From an uncultured bacterium (GTDB lineage: Bacteria; Patescibacteriota; Minisyncoccia; Phycocordibacterales; PALSA-1337), in assembly GCA_963851055.1 (NCBI GenBank), contig CAWKMY010000004.1, forward strand, positions 16,677 through 80,676: DNA of 64,000 bases. Direction: 5' to 3'. A program made the translations under genes and the position numbers. The notes beneath the pieces are model-generated. The model saw nothing but the letters and a program-made list of their open reading frames with translations, had not been told where the DNA came from and did not search any database. The stretch's first letter is position 1, and every line of letters begins with the position of its first letter. This document shows, piece by piece, positions 9,379 to 19,093 of the stretch.

Positions 9379-11130
9379 CTATTTTTGTGCGAATATATTC
9401 CAAACTTTCTCCGTCTCCACATACCAACTGGATATAGAACTCCATCGGTCGGATGGTAGGACTATCGATCTCAAAGTTATTCCCTGTAGTGTCTTTGGCA
9501 CCGCGTATATAAAATCAGTAGAATATAGGAATATGGCCGGTATATCTCCCTGTATCAAGCTATCCAGCTTTGTGTAGTCGGCAGAGAGGGTAGTTGTAGA
9601 TGCGGTAGAACGGATATCAGAGAGTACGGCATCTACTTTGCTATTGGCATACAAGGCAACATTCAGACCTGGGGCGTTTCTTTGCGACGAATGCCAGAAA
9701 GCGTATAGGTCGCGATCTTTACCGATCTGTTCGCCGAAGAGCAGGGCGTCATACTTCCTGGTGCTGATGATATTCTGATAGAGATCGGCCTGGTCGAAGA
9801 CCTGGATACTGATTTGTACACCTATAGATCCCCATTGGCTTTTAAGCATATTGGCGGCGGCTACGAGGTCAGGGGAATCGGCAGTGTATATGTCGAATGA
9901 AAGGGTTGTTGAAGCGGTCTTTGCTTTCTTCTGGTATATTCCTGCGGCATCTTTCTTCCAGCCGTTCTTCTCCAAGAGCGCCATGGCTCCGGCAACGTCG
10001 GCCGTATCTGTCGCCGATGCCGGATTCAGGCCGATATCATTGGACATGCTTTCAGGAATGGGTCCGTGAGCCGGTTTGCCATAGCCATAGAGGACGGCCT
10101 TGATGATAGCGGTCCGGTCAGTGGCCATGTCAAGGGCTTTGCGCACGACTGGGTCCGCAAGCACGGGTGCTTGGCCCTGATTCATGAAGACGCCGAATAC
10201 TCGCGGCAATGGAGCCGAAAGGATTGTATAGCTTTCGGCGGAATTGGAAGCGAGTTTAGCAGCTTCGGCCGGATCTACCGAAGGAAGACTATCTATATAA
10301 CCCCCGTTCAAGGCCGCCAAGGCGGTGTTTTCGTCCGGAAAGAAAGAGAAAGATATCGTACCGATGTGCGGAAAAACGCCCTCATATCCCTTCCACGGAA
10401 CCAAGCCGTATGAAGTCGGTATGCCTCCTTTGTCGCGGATGATGGAGTTGATCTTATAAGGTCCGGCGCCTACCGGATCTATGTTGTATTGGCTAAATAT
10501 AAATTGGTCGTCACTGACCGAGCTCCAAATGTGCTTGGGAATGATGCCGACCGCGGTATTGGCCAAGAACCCGTTGTATGGCTGTTTCAGTATGAATTGT
10601 ATTTCCGACGGCGAGATCTCTTTGACCGTGATATTCGCCCAATCAGCTTGGCGGGGGCTTTTCAAAGCCGGGTCCTGGATCTTCTCTATAGTGAAGGCCA
10701 CGTCATCCGCGGAAAGGGGCGTGCCATCCTGGAATATCACTCCACCTTTCAGTATGAAATCATAAGTCAGGCCGTCAGGAGAAATGGTCCATGACTTGGC
10801 TATATCCGGGACGATATGCCCGTCATCGTATTTGACTAGGCCGGCATAGACAAGGGCGGATATGTCGCGGTCGGTGTCAGAAACCGCTAACACAGGATTG
10901 GCGTTGCGCGGCAGATCGATCTCGCCTTCGCGTAGGAGGCCTCCGTTGCCGGGGATTTCCGTCATGAACAAGTTACCGGTACGAGACGCGAGAAGCAGAG
11001 CGGATACCGCCGCCGCTATGATCAAGATGCCGAAAATCGCCTTCTCCGTAGCCGAGAATTTGTGTATATATTCCAATATGTGTGAACCGCGTTTAATGCG
11101 GATTTCTTTTTCCATTTGTTGGTCGTTCAC
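9379..11130 (-). CDS. membrane-anchored ABC-type substrate-binding protein, family 5 (peptide/nickel-like)
   Basis: 583 aa with an N-terminal TM helix and a typical SBP_bac_5 layout (DGTPLSADDVAFT, YKINS.., LYANSKVD). No permease or ATPase gene is adjacent. Confidence 0.8.
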   Translation of the reverse strand: MNDQQMEKEIRIKRGSHILEYIHKFSATEKAIFGILIIAAAVSALLLASRTGNLFMTEIPGNGGLLREGEIDLPRNANPVLAVSDTDRDISALVYAGLVKYDDGHIVPDIAKSWTISPDGLTYDFILKGGVIFQDGTPLSADDVAFTIEKIQDPALKSPRQADWANITVKEISPSEIQFILKQPYNGFLANTAVGIIPKHIWSSVSDDQFIFSQYNIDPVGAGPYKINSIIRDKGGIPTSYGLVPWKGYEGVFPHIGTISFSFFPDENTALAALNGGYIDSLPSVDPAEAAKLASNSAESYTILSAPLPRVFGVFMNQGQAPVLADPVVRKALDMATDRTAIIKAVLYGYGKPAHGPIPESMSNDIGLNPASATDTADVAGAMALLEKNGWKKDAAGIYQKKAKTASTTLSFDIYTADSPDLVAAANMLKSQWGSIGVQISIQVFDQADLYQNIISTRKYDALLFGEQIGKDRDLYAFWHSSQRNAPGLNVALYANSKVDAVLSDIRSTASTTTLSADYTKLDSLIQGDIPAIFLYSTDFIYAVPKTLQGITLRSIVLPSDRWSSISSWYVETEKVWNIFAQK

Positions 11131-11150
11131 GATATACGATTAGATTCGTA

Positions 11151-11372
11151 TTAAATAAGATTAAGCAATGCTGATATAGCAAAGAGAATAGCTATAATGA
11201 TAGTAGCGGTAAAGAGCCATTTCTCAAGGCCTCTCCTCGTATGGTAGGCGGAACTCCAGTTGTCGTTGCCGCCAAAAGCGCCACCGACTTGCGCGCTAGT
11301 GCGCTGCAGGAGTATAGCCGCCACCAAAAGGACGGACAGAATTATCTGGGCGTACGGTAGGAGAGACTTCAT
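11151..11372 (-). CDS. secG: preprotein translocase subunit SecG
   Basis: Counted from the internal Met: MKSLLPYAQIILSVLLVAAILLQRTSAQVGGAFGG....GLEKWLFTATIIIAILF. This gives two TM helices with a Gly-rich loop. Confidence 0.7.
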   Translation of the reverse strand: MKSLLPYAQIILSVLLVAAILLQRTSAQVGGAFGGNDNWSSAYHTRRGLEKWLFTATIIIAILFAISALLNLI

Positions 11373-11419
11373 TGATATATACATGCTAGCATATGGATGT
11401 CGAGCGCGCAACCATGTTG

Positions 11420-11428
11420 TGCTACAAT
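11420..11428 (+). promoter_or_regulatory. extended -10 box TGCTACAAT
   Basis: It lies 19 nt upstream of ATG 11448. Confidence 0.35.
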
Positions 11429-11447
11429 GGCTATCCAAAGCTATCCG

Positions 11448-12185
11448 ATGTCTTCCCGATCAATCATAATCTTTTTATCTGTGCTGGCCATTCTGATCAT
11501 AGGTGGCTACGAATTTGTCTCAAATTTCAACTATACCAGGCATATAACCTTGCCGGCCAATATGCTGGCATCCTCGACAGGAACTGATACAGGCGTCACT
11601 ACGGATGCTTCAAGCACTATAGCAGGCGGTATATTCGGACTGAACGATCCGTCGCTCTCCTCGCCGGCATCCTCGACCATCGATACTTCTTCCTGGTTGA
11701 CCTATTCCAACGCTTCTTCTAACTACTCTATCCGATATCCGGCTAACTTGTCAGTCAATACTGACGCTAGCGGCGACTTGGTCTTGGCTTTTCCCAAGGA
11801 TCAATATTTCCACTGGCCGCTCTTGGATAGTGCCACGGTGACTATAACTGCCACCTCTTCATGTCAGACGGTCGAGGGCTCAACTTTCCCCGGGAGCCCG
11901 GCTCCGGTTTCGTTCCAACTGAACGGCTATCCATTTACACGCATTGAAGGTGGAGATGCCGCGGCCGGGAATATATATCGTGAATTGGCCTACGATGTTC
12001 ATTCTAAGAGTCTCTGCTATCACATAGACATACTTGACCACGGAGCCAACGGCGCCGGTCTATATGTTGCCGATCAATCCCTTATATCTAGCTATGATGC
12101 AGCCCATACGATAGATCTTACGGCTGTTCTAGGCGTCTTTAACGCCATGGTCAATACCTTCCGTTTCAGCCAAAGCGTGCTATAA
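11448..12185 (+). CDS. hypothetical membrane-anchored exported protein
   Basis: MSSRSIIIFLSVLAILIIGGY anchor, a Ser/Thr-rich linker, then a globular domain (YSIRYPANLSVN..). Confidence 0.5.
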   Translation: MSSRSIIIFLSVLAILIIGGYEFVSNFNYTRHITLPANMLASSTGTDTGVTTDASSTIAGGIFGLNDPSLSSPASSTIDTSSWLTYSNASSNYSIRYPANLSVNTDASGDLVLAFPKDQYFHWPLLDSATVTITATSSCQTVEGSTFPGSPAPVSFQLNGYPFTRIEGGDAAAGNIYRELAYDVHSKSLCYHIDILDHGANGAGLYVADQSLISSYDAAHTIDLTAVLGVFNAMVNTFRFSQSVL

Positions 12186-12227
12186 TATCCTCCGTCTTTA
12201 ATATATTAGAAATCTAATCTCATCATC

Positions 12228-12941
12228 ATGACTTCCAGCAAAAAATCAACGCTAACGATAGCCATCATCGTCGTTATCATCGTCATAGCCGGTATCCTCT
12301 GGTTCAGCCGCGGATCTTCCCCGGCTTCTAATTCATCAGATGATTCTTCGGCCAATGTTTCGGCCCCGACCTCGGTGGCCAATGGCGCCGCTCCCGTAGC
12401 CGTTTCCGAGACGACCAAAGTCTCCGGATCCTTGTCCGAATATCAGAACGCCGAGCTCGGCTTCTCGGTCAATTATCCGAGTTCTTGGGAAAAAGAAGAG
12501 ACTAACGCAGGCGCAACCTTCATCATTCCCATAGACCCTTCGCAGGTCTCTACCGTAGCCACTCTTCAAGGTAATGTCCAAGTCCTTTCAGGTACATGTG
12601 CTTTCCCGCCGGTGACTAGCATCCAGGATCGCGGCACCGTGAAAGTCGGCGCGGATACTTTGGATACTATCTCTATGTCGAACACGGTTCAGGGTCGCGA
12701 CTATTTCAATAGGATGTATTCGCTCCAGCACGGCGATATCTGCTACATGTTCTCCTTCGCCTCCATCACTCTGGCCCCGTCTTCAAAAGGTCTGACCGGA
12801 TCGAATATTACTCAATCTGATAATAATAACAAAGCCATAGTCAATAGCGCCGATAGCGATTTCACCGCTATGGTCAAATCCTTTGCCTATATCACCACAC
12901 CTGCAGGTGAAAGCGAGACCCAAGCTTCGCCCGCAAAATAA
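12228..12941 (+). CDS. hypothetical membrane-anchored exported protein (similar layout to the previous gene)
   Basis: TM anchor TLTIAIIVVIIVIAGILWF, a Ser-rich linker, then GFSVNYPSSWEKEE. Confidence 0.55.
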   Translation: MTSSKKSTLTIAIIVVIIVIAGILWFSRGSSPASNSSDDSSANVSAPTSVANGAAPVAVSETTKVSGSLSEYQNAELGFSVNYPSSWEKEETNAGATFIIPIDPSQVSTVATLQGNVQVLSGTCAFPPVTSIQDRGTVKVGADTLDTISMSNTVQGRDYFNRMYSLQHGDICYMFSFASITLAPSSKGLTGSNITQSDNNNKAIVNSADSDFTAMVKSFAYITTPAGESETQASPAK

Positions 12942-12945
12942 TGAT

Positions 12946-12980
12946 GGTTAAGAAGTAAGAAGTGAGGAATAAGAATAAAG
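12946..12980 (+). repeat. post-stop 7-nt periodic repeat
   Basis: GGTTAAG AAGTAAG AAGTGAG GAATAAG AATAAAG, starting 5 nt after the TAA at 12939-12941. Confidence 0.55.
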
Positions 12981-12997
12981 TATAAATAATAAAAATC

Positions 12998-13552
12998 ATG
13001 ACCTACATCATTCTAGCCGTAATAATCCTCGTAATCCTCTGGGCGATCTTTGCCTACAACAGCTTGGTTGGAGGCAGGAACCGAGCCAAGGAAGCCTGGG
13101 CGGACATAGATGTCCAGCTAAAGCGTCGTTACGATCTCATTCCTAATCTGGTCAATACGGTCAAGGGCTATGCCACCCACGAGAGCTCGGCTTTCGAGAA
13201 TGTGACGCGGGCCCGTGCCGCCGCCATGGGCGCGACCTCGCTCGCGGATAAGGGCCCTGCCGAAGCCACTTTGGCCGGAGCCCTGAAGTCAGTATTCGCC
13301 ATAGCTGAAGCCTATCCTGACCTCAAAGCAAACCAGAATTTCCTTTCGCTTCAAAATGAGTTGACGGATACCGAAGACAAGATCCAAGCGGCACGGCGTT
13401 TCTACAACGGCAATGTCAGGGATTTCAATACGGCTATCCAGAAATTTCCCGGCAATGTGATCGCCGGTACTTTCCATTTCTCGGCCATGGAGTTCTATCA
13501 ACTGGATGACGCAGATGCGGCCGCCAAGGAGCCGGTAAAGGTACAGTTCTAG
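12998..13552 (+). CDS. lemA: LemA family protein
   Basis: N-terminal TM plus YNSLV..R..V.EAWADIDVQLKRRYDLIPNLV..AARRFYN. Confidence 0.85.
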   Translation: MTYIILAVIILVILWAIFAYNSLVGGRNRAKEAWADIDVQLKRRYDLIPNLVNTVKGYATHESSAFENVTRARAAAMGATSLADKGPAEATLAGALKSVFAIAEAYPDLKANQNFLSLQNELTDTEDKIQAARRFYNGNVRDFNTAIQKFPGNVIAGTFHFSAMEFYQLDDADAAAKEPVKVQF

Positions 13553-13554
13553 TC

Positions 13555-14472
13555 GTGGCTACCCTCTATACATTACAAGGGAAAAATGTTCGTCGCACAT
13601 GGCTTCTAATGGCCGTCTTTTTGCTGGTCGTCGTCGCCATAGGCTACTTCATATCCTATTATTATAATGATCCGGCCATAGTGATCATAGCCGTCATTTT
13701 CGCCTTGGTTATGAATGTTACCAGCTATTGGTATTCAGATAAGATTTCGCTCTCATTGGCCCGGGCTGTTCCGGCCAAGAGGGAAGAGAACCTGGAATTA
13801 TTTCAAGTCATTGAAAATCTTTCCATAACTGCCGGGCTTCCTATGCCGAAAGTTTATATAATTCCCGATCCGGCGCCGAATGCCTTTGCCACGGGCCGCG
13901 ACAAAGACCACGCCTCGGTGGCGGTGACTAGCGGCCTTTTGGGAATGATGGATAAAAATGAGTTGTCCGGCGTTATGGCTCACGAGCTCTCTCATATCGG
14001 CAACCGCGACATATTGTTGTCGACGGTCGTCGTCGTTCTGGTAGGCTTCATCTCGATATTGGCGTATATCTTCACCAGGAGCATGTTTCTCGGCGGTATT
14101 GCCGGTGGCCGGCGTGGTGGCAATAACAGGAACGGTGGCGGACAGCTCGGCCTGATCTTGGCCGTTGTCGGCATCGTATTCGTCATTCTCTCACCGATCG
14201 TCGCGCAGTTGATCCAGCTGGCTATTTCACGCCGCCGTGAATCTCTGGCCGATGCGGATGGCGCCCTGCTCACTCGCTATCCTGAAGGGCTGGCCTCGGC
14301 CCTGGAAAAGATCGAAGGTTACGGCAAACCTATGGCCACGGCCAATAACGCTACTGCTCATTTGTACATATCGAACCCTTTCGGCCAAAACGCTTCCAAA
14401 GGCATGGCAAAACTATTCATGACTCATCCTCCTACGGAAGAGCGCATCAAAGCTTTGCGGGCTATGGAATGA
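13555..14472 (+). CDS. htpX: M48 zinc protease HtpX
   Basis: HELSHIGNRD (HExxH), four TM segments, PNAFATG. GTG start 3 nt after the lemA stop. Confidence 0.85.
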   Translation: MATLYTLQGKNVRRTWLLMAVFLLVVVAIGYFISYYYNDPAIVIIAVIFALVMNVTSYWYSDKISLSLARAVPAKREENLELFQVIENLSITAGLPMPKVYIIPDPAPNAFATGRDKDHASVAVTSGLLGMMDKNELSGVMAHELSHIGNRDILLSTVVVVLVGFISILAYIFTRSMFLGGIAGGRRGGNNRNGGGQLGLILAVVGIVFVILSPIVAQLIQLAISRRRESLADADGALLTRYPEGLASALEKIEGYGKPMATANNATAHLYISNPFGQNASKGMAKLFMTHPPTEERIKALRAME

Positions 14473-14475
14473 TAC

Positions 14476-14505
14476 GAAAATCGCCCCAAGATCGGGGCGA
14501 TTTCT
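14476..14505. terminator. bidirectional hairpin between convergent genes
   Basis: ATCGCCCC-aagatc-GGGGCGAT is an 8-bp perfect stem flanked by an A-run on the left and TTTCT on the right. Confidence 0.6.
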
Positions 14506-14507
14506 AC

Positions 14508-15479
14508 TTACGCTTTCTTCGGTGTTTCGGTCAGAAGATAGACTATGGTCACGATAAGCAGAAGGATAACCATGAATGCTATCCAACCCCAAGGAATGGA
14601 GATGAGTCCGGCAGCGGCGGCGTTCGGAACGGTATTCTGTGTCGGAGTCGTCGGAGCAGCTGGGGCAACGGCCCTAGGAATATATGTAGATCCGGCGCCG
14701 CGCACGGTCAGGGTGTTGTTGCAAGAGTTGGTGCCGTGCAGGCCGTCGGCAGAAGTGACCATAACGACGGCGGTCTTTTCACCGGCAGAACTGTAATATT
14801 GGGTAGCTGAATTTTGCGATCCGGAAAGGCCGTCGGAACCGGTCCAAGAATAAGTATACGGAGCGGCACCGCCGGAGACTGTCGCAGTCCAAGTTACGGG
14901 CTGATTTATGACAGATGTGGACGGACTGACTGAACAGCTGACGGAAAGGGTAGGCGCGATGGTCTGACTTACATAAGTAGTCGGCTGATAGGCTACCGTC
15001 TGTACCGGCTGTTGGTAATATGTAGGCTCCGAATAATATGTCGGTTGGGAATAGTATGTAGGCTGCGAATAGTAAGTCGGTGCTTGATAGTAGGTCGGTT
15101 CGGCTACAGGATAGTAGACCGGGTATGAAACGGGAGTGCTGTTGTATGAATAAGGTCCATTTACATTGTAGTTATAATCATAATTATAATGAGTTACGGA
15201 ATGATCACCTTGGTCAGATGAACCGCCATGGTTGTTGTAATTATAGTTACCGCCATTACTACCATAGCTGTAATTATAGTTACCGCCATTATTACCATAG
15301 CTGTAATTATAGTTATTTCCTCCGCTGTGGCTGGTATTGCCGTAGCTGTAATTGCTAGTGCTGCCACCGTAGCTATAAGCCTGCGTTACAGGTGCTACGC
15401 TGAAAAAGGCCGTAAGGAACAGGCTGAAAAAGGCCACAATGCCGAAGATCTGGTATGTAGTTTTGGTGGTTTTAACCAT
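14508..15479 (-). CDS. secreted Tyr-rich repeat protein with PKD-like domain and C-terminal membrane anchor
   Basis: The start is taken at MVKTTKTTYQIFGIVAFFSLFL (signal). It has NYNYSYG and PTYYSQ repeats, a PKD-like VTWTATVSGGAAPYTYSWTGSDG, and a C-terminal GLISIPWGWIAFMVILLLIVTIVYLLTETPKKA. Confidence 0.6.
   Translation of the reverse strand: MVKTTKTTYQIFGIVAFFSLFLTAFFSVAPVTQAYSYGGSTSNYSYGNTSHSGGNNYNYSYGNNGGNYNYSYGSNGGNYNYNNHGGSSDQGDHSVTHYNYDYNYNVNGPYSYNSTPVSYPVYYPVAEPTYYQAPTYYSQPTYYSQPTYYSEPTYYQQPVQTVAYQPTTYVSQTIAPTLSVSCSVSPSTSVINQPVTWTATVSGGAAPYTYSWTGSDGLSGSQNSATQYYSSAGEKTAVVMVTSADGLHGTNSCNNTLTVRGAGSTYIPRAVAPAAPTTPTQNTVPNAAAAGLISIPWGWIAFMVILLLIVTIVYLLTETPKKA
15237..15320. repeat. 33-nt tandem repeat (about 2.5 copies) inside the Tyr-rich gene
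   Basis: The unit gtaattatagttaccgccattactaccatagct is repeated at 15237, 15270 and 15303. Confidence 0.75.
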
Positions 15480-15555
15480 ACGCGGTATTCTACAGTACCT
15501 TACCGGAAAAGTCAATAGGGTGTATAAAAGCCTTATTTCTGGTACTATTTTGAGC

Positions 15556-17706
15556 ATGAATGATAAGTTCCTCAAGCCTTACAATCCGGCCGAAACTGAA
15601 GCCCGCATATACGAGACGTGGGAGAAAAGCGGCTATTTCAATCCTGATCAATGCATCAAGAAAGGCCTAACGTCGAAAGATGCCAAGCCCTTCACTATCA
15701 TCATGCCGCCGACGAACGCCAACGGCTCTTTGCACGCCGGTCATGGCTTGGTCATGACTATCGAAGACATAATGACTCGCTACAAGAGGATGTGCGGGTA
15801 CAAGACTCTTTGGCTACCAGGGTTGGATCATGCCGGTTTTGAGACGCAGGTCGTGTATGAGAAAAAATTGGAGAAAGAAGGAAGAACGAGATTCGATATA
15901 GAGCCAAAAAAACTTTATGAAGAGATTCTAGATTTCACTCTGAAAAATTCCGCAAATATAAAATCTCAAGTCAGGAATATGGGCGCTTCATGCGACTGGT
16001 CCAGAGAAAAATTCACTCTCGATCCGGATATTGTAAAGACTGTCTACTCTACCTTCAAGAAATTATCTGACGACAATCTGCTTTATCGCGGCAAGCGCAT
16101 AGTTTCATGGTGCCCGAAGCATCAGACTTCTTTTTCTGATCTGGAGATAAAGGATGAAGAGCGCAAAGAAGATTTCTATTACTTGAAATATGGTCCATTC
16201 GTCATAGCTACTTCTAGGCCGGAGACAAAATTTGGCGACAAATATGTGGTTATGCATCCGGATGACAAACGTTATGAAAATTATAAGGATGGCCAAAAGA
16301 TAGATCTCGAATGGATAAACGGTCCTATAACAGCGACCATCATCAAAGACAAAGCTATAGATATGGCTTTCGGTACTGGCGTTATGACTATAACTCCGTG
16401 GCATGATCCAGTGGACTTTGATATCGCCGAACGGCATGGTTTGGACAAAGAACAGATCATAGATGAGCAAGGTAAACTTTTGCCTATTGCGGGAGAATTC
16501 GCCGGACAACACATAAAAAAAGCACGGCCCCTCATCATTGAAAAGCTCAAGTCAAAAGGTTTGGTGGAAAAGATAGATCCGAATTATAACCACGTAGTCA
16601 GGACCTGCTATAAATGCGGCACGGTCATAGAGCCGCAGATCAAGAGCCAGTGGTTTGTGCGTATGAAGCCATTGGCGGAAAAAGCTTTGGAGAAGATCAA
16701 GGCCGGGGAAGTCACATATATACCAGATCATTATGAAAAGATAACCACACATTGGCTGACCAATATCATGGATTGGAACATCTCCAGACAGATCGTCTGG
16801 GGTATACCCATACCGGCCAAAATATGTGGGAAATGTGGTGAGGGTTTCGTTGATCTGGATGACAAGCTCAAGAAGTGCGCGAAATGCGGGGGCGCGCTGT
16901 CCAAAGACAATGATACTTTCGACACATGGTTCTCATCTGGTCAATGGCCATTTGCTACGCTCGGTTTTCCTGACGGAGATGACTTCAAAAATTATTATCC
17001 TACTGATGTTATGGAAACAGCCGGTGAAATCATATTCTTCTGGGTAGCTAGGATGATAATGCTAGGTCTGTATGTGACCGGAAAAGTCCCATTCAAAACG
17101 GTCTATTTGCATGGCTTGGTCTTGGATGCCAAAGGCCTGAAGATGAGTAAGAGTAAGGGCAATGTCATAGACCCCTTGGTTCTGACTTCAAAGTTTGGTA
17201 CAGACGCCTTCCGTATGGGATTGGTTATAGGAAATACCCCTGGCACTTCCTTGGCCCTTTCAGAGGATAAAGTTTCTGCTTATAAGAAATTTGCCAATAA
17301 GCTTTGGAATGTAACCAGGTTCGTCCTAACTTCAACCGAAGGCATTTCGTATGATCCCAAGTTCTCTGCTTATGAGCCTTCGGATAAAGCATATATTGAT
17401 AGCCTAAATAGCCTCATAACTGAAGTGACGAAAGAAATGGATGAATACAAATTCTACATCGTAGCCGAGAAACTTTACCACTACGTCTGGCATGAATTTG
17501 CTGACAAGATCATAGAAGAGAGTAAAGCCATAATAGATGGTAATGATGATGGAGCCAGTCTTTCTCGCAAGCAGTTCATGCTTCATGCCTTACACACTAT
17601 GCTCAAGCTTCTGCATCCATTTATGCCTTTCATAACCGAGGAGATATGGTCTCTAATCAGCCTAGATAAATCGATACTGATGGTCCAGAAATGGCCTAAG
17701 GAATAA
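15556..17706 (+). CDS. valS: valine--tRNA ligase (short form, no C-terminal coiled coil)
   Basis: PPTNANGSLHAGHG (HIGH), WLPGLDHAGFETQ and LKMSKSKGN (KMSKS). The start is at MNDKFLKPYNP. 716 aa. Confidence 0.9.
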   Translation: MNDKFLKPYNPAETEARIYETWEKSGYFNPDQCIKKGLTSKDAKPFTIIMPPTNANGSLHAGHGLVMTIEDIMTRYKRMCGYKTLWLPGLDHAGFETQVVYEKKLEKEGRTRFDIEPKKLYEEILDFTLKNSANIKSQVRNMGASCDWSREKFTLDPDIVKTVYSTFKKLSDDNLLYRGKRIVSWCPKHQTSFSDLEIKDEERKEDFYYLKYGPFVIATSRPETKFGDKYVVMHPDDKRYENYKDGQKIDLEWINGPITATIIKDKAIDMAFGTGVMTITPWHDPVDFDIAERHGLDKEQIIDEQGKLLPIAGEFAGQHIKKARPLIIEKLKSKGLVEKIDPNYNHVVRTCYKCGTVIEPQIKSQWFVRMKPLAEKALEKIKAGEVTYIPDHYEKITTHWLTNIMDWNISRQIVWGIPIPAKICGKCGEGFVDLDDKLKKCAKCGGALSKDNDTFDTWFSSGQWPFATLGFPDGDDFKNYYPTDVMETAGEIIFFWVARMIMLGLYVTGKVPFKTVYLHGLVLDAKGLKMSKSKGNVIDPLVLTSKFGTDAFRMGLVIGNTPGTSLALSEDKVSAYKKFANKLWNVTRFVLTSTEGISYDPKFSAYEPSDKAYIDSLNSLITEVTKEMDEYKFYIVAEKLYHYVWHEFADKIIEESKAIIDGNDDGASLSRKQFMLHALHTMLKLLHPFMPFITEEIWSLISLDKSILMVQKWPKE

Positions 17707-17792
17707 GCTCTTTTATCCACATGTCTGAGTTCAGACAGACTGTCTGTTTCGGGGTATAATTAAGGCAATAGATTAATATCTCCACATTTTTC

Positions 17793-18863
17793 ATGAAAAT
17801 ATATAAAAATATCGTTCTATGTTTCGCCTTCGTCGCTGTTCTCGGCATAGGCGCTTCGGTGGCTCGCGCTGACTCATCGACTCTCTCCGGCTGGGCATGG
17901 TCTTCGACTATAGGTTGGCTTTCATTTAATTCTGCCGATAGTGGTGCAGGAGGGGGACCTTACAGCGTAAATATTTCTACGAGTACGGTTGGATCAGATA
18001 TTGTCGGCGCCCTTTCCGGTTACGCTTGGTCGCCGAATATTGGATGGGTCAGCTTCAATAATCAAGGCGATTGGACTGGTTGTCCTTCAGGTTCTTGTCC
18101 GCCTACGATAGATATGACTACTGGTGCCGTCTCCGGCTGGATACGCGCTCTCGCAGGCGTTGGCAGGACTGACGGTTGGGATGGGTGGATAGAACTTTCT
18201 GATAGCGGTTTGAATGCAAAACATCCGACAGGTGATACTAGCGGCAATGGTGGCAGTTCACTTACGTGTTACATTGTTCTAACAGGTGGATCCATGTTTT
18301 GTCGGTTACGCCTGGGGCGGTCCGGTCGTAGGGTGGTTAGACTTTTTCCCCGACTTCTACTGGTTGCACCAGTGATGGAGTGGCGTCAATACTATGTGAT
18401 CCATTGACGGATCCGGCTGTCGGATGGTGTAACGACATCCGATCTGACATTACAAGTAAATGATCCAATATCTGGATGGGGAGGAGTGGCGAATGTAACT
18501 GCAGATTCGTCCGGAAATGTTTCTGTTCCGGTGAAGTGGACAGTAAACGGGGTATTAACAAATGTTACGTCATTATCAAATGATTGGGGGATATCCTCTG
18601 GATCCACCGTAGACGCTTCTGGTAAGCCATTCAATTCTAGTGGCTCTGACGCCCTTAGCTTCAGTGGCATCACTACACAGACCGTAAAACAACTAAGCCT
18701 GAAATATTTCACAGGCCTTGTTTCCCACACATTGCCATATGTCACTATAACTATAAATCCATACCAGCCTATAATAACGTCGAATGCACTCAACCAAGCC
18801 GTCTTGGCAATGCTACTCGATATGGGTACAGATTCAGCTAACTCCCAAGGTCCGCAAGGATGA
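17793..18863 (+). pseudogene. disrupted gene for secreted GWxWSxxIGW-repeat protein
   Basis: The signal peptide and two GWAWSSTIGWLSFN / GYAWSPNIGWVSFNN repeats are in frame 0. The third repeat, VGYAWGGPVVGWLDF, is readable only in frame +1 (18301-18345). Frame 0 hits TGA at 18405 and then continues as plausible protein to 18863. Confidence 0.5.
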
Positions 18864-18985
18864 ATACCAGCATGTTCGACCAATGCCAGATTGCAATGTG
18901 AGTTTTATGCAAGCCAGAATATACTTTGAAAGGTAATCTTGTTTAAGGTCAGCAATCCAAGAAATATAGGTTATATATAAATAGG

Positions 18986-19022
18986 TAAAAAAATACGCCA
19001 AGTCCAGATGGACTTGGCGTAT
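18986..19022 (-). terminator. intrinsic terminator of the 19041/19094-19735 gene
   Basis: ATACGCCAAGTCC-agat-GGACTTGGCGTAT is a 13-bp perfect stem, followed on the minus strand by TTTTTTT. Confidence 0.75.
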
Positions 19023-19093
19023 TTGCATTGAGATGTTCAGTCATGTTGCTCGTTTTCGCCGAAATATGACGAAAAATGGAATACCAACTATGG

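Noticed and set aside
15000-15360. CRISPR-like array suggested by regularly spaced direct repeats
   Set aside because: The repeats are contiguous with no unique spacers. They lie inside a continuous ORF and encode the Tyr/Asn/Gly peptide repeats.
18405-18407. The in-frame TGA as evidence for TGA recoding (code 4 or 25, as in some CPR lineages)
   Set aside because: TGA ends clearly complete, conserved genes here: fba at 2812-2814, htpX at 14470-14472 and the S66 peptidase at 25223-25225. The text just upstream of 18405 is out-of-frame junk, so the stop results from frameshifts, not recoding.
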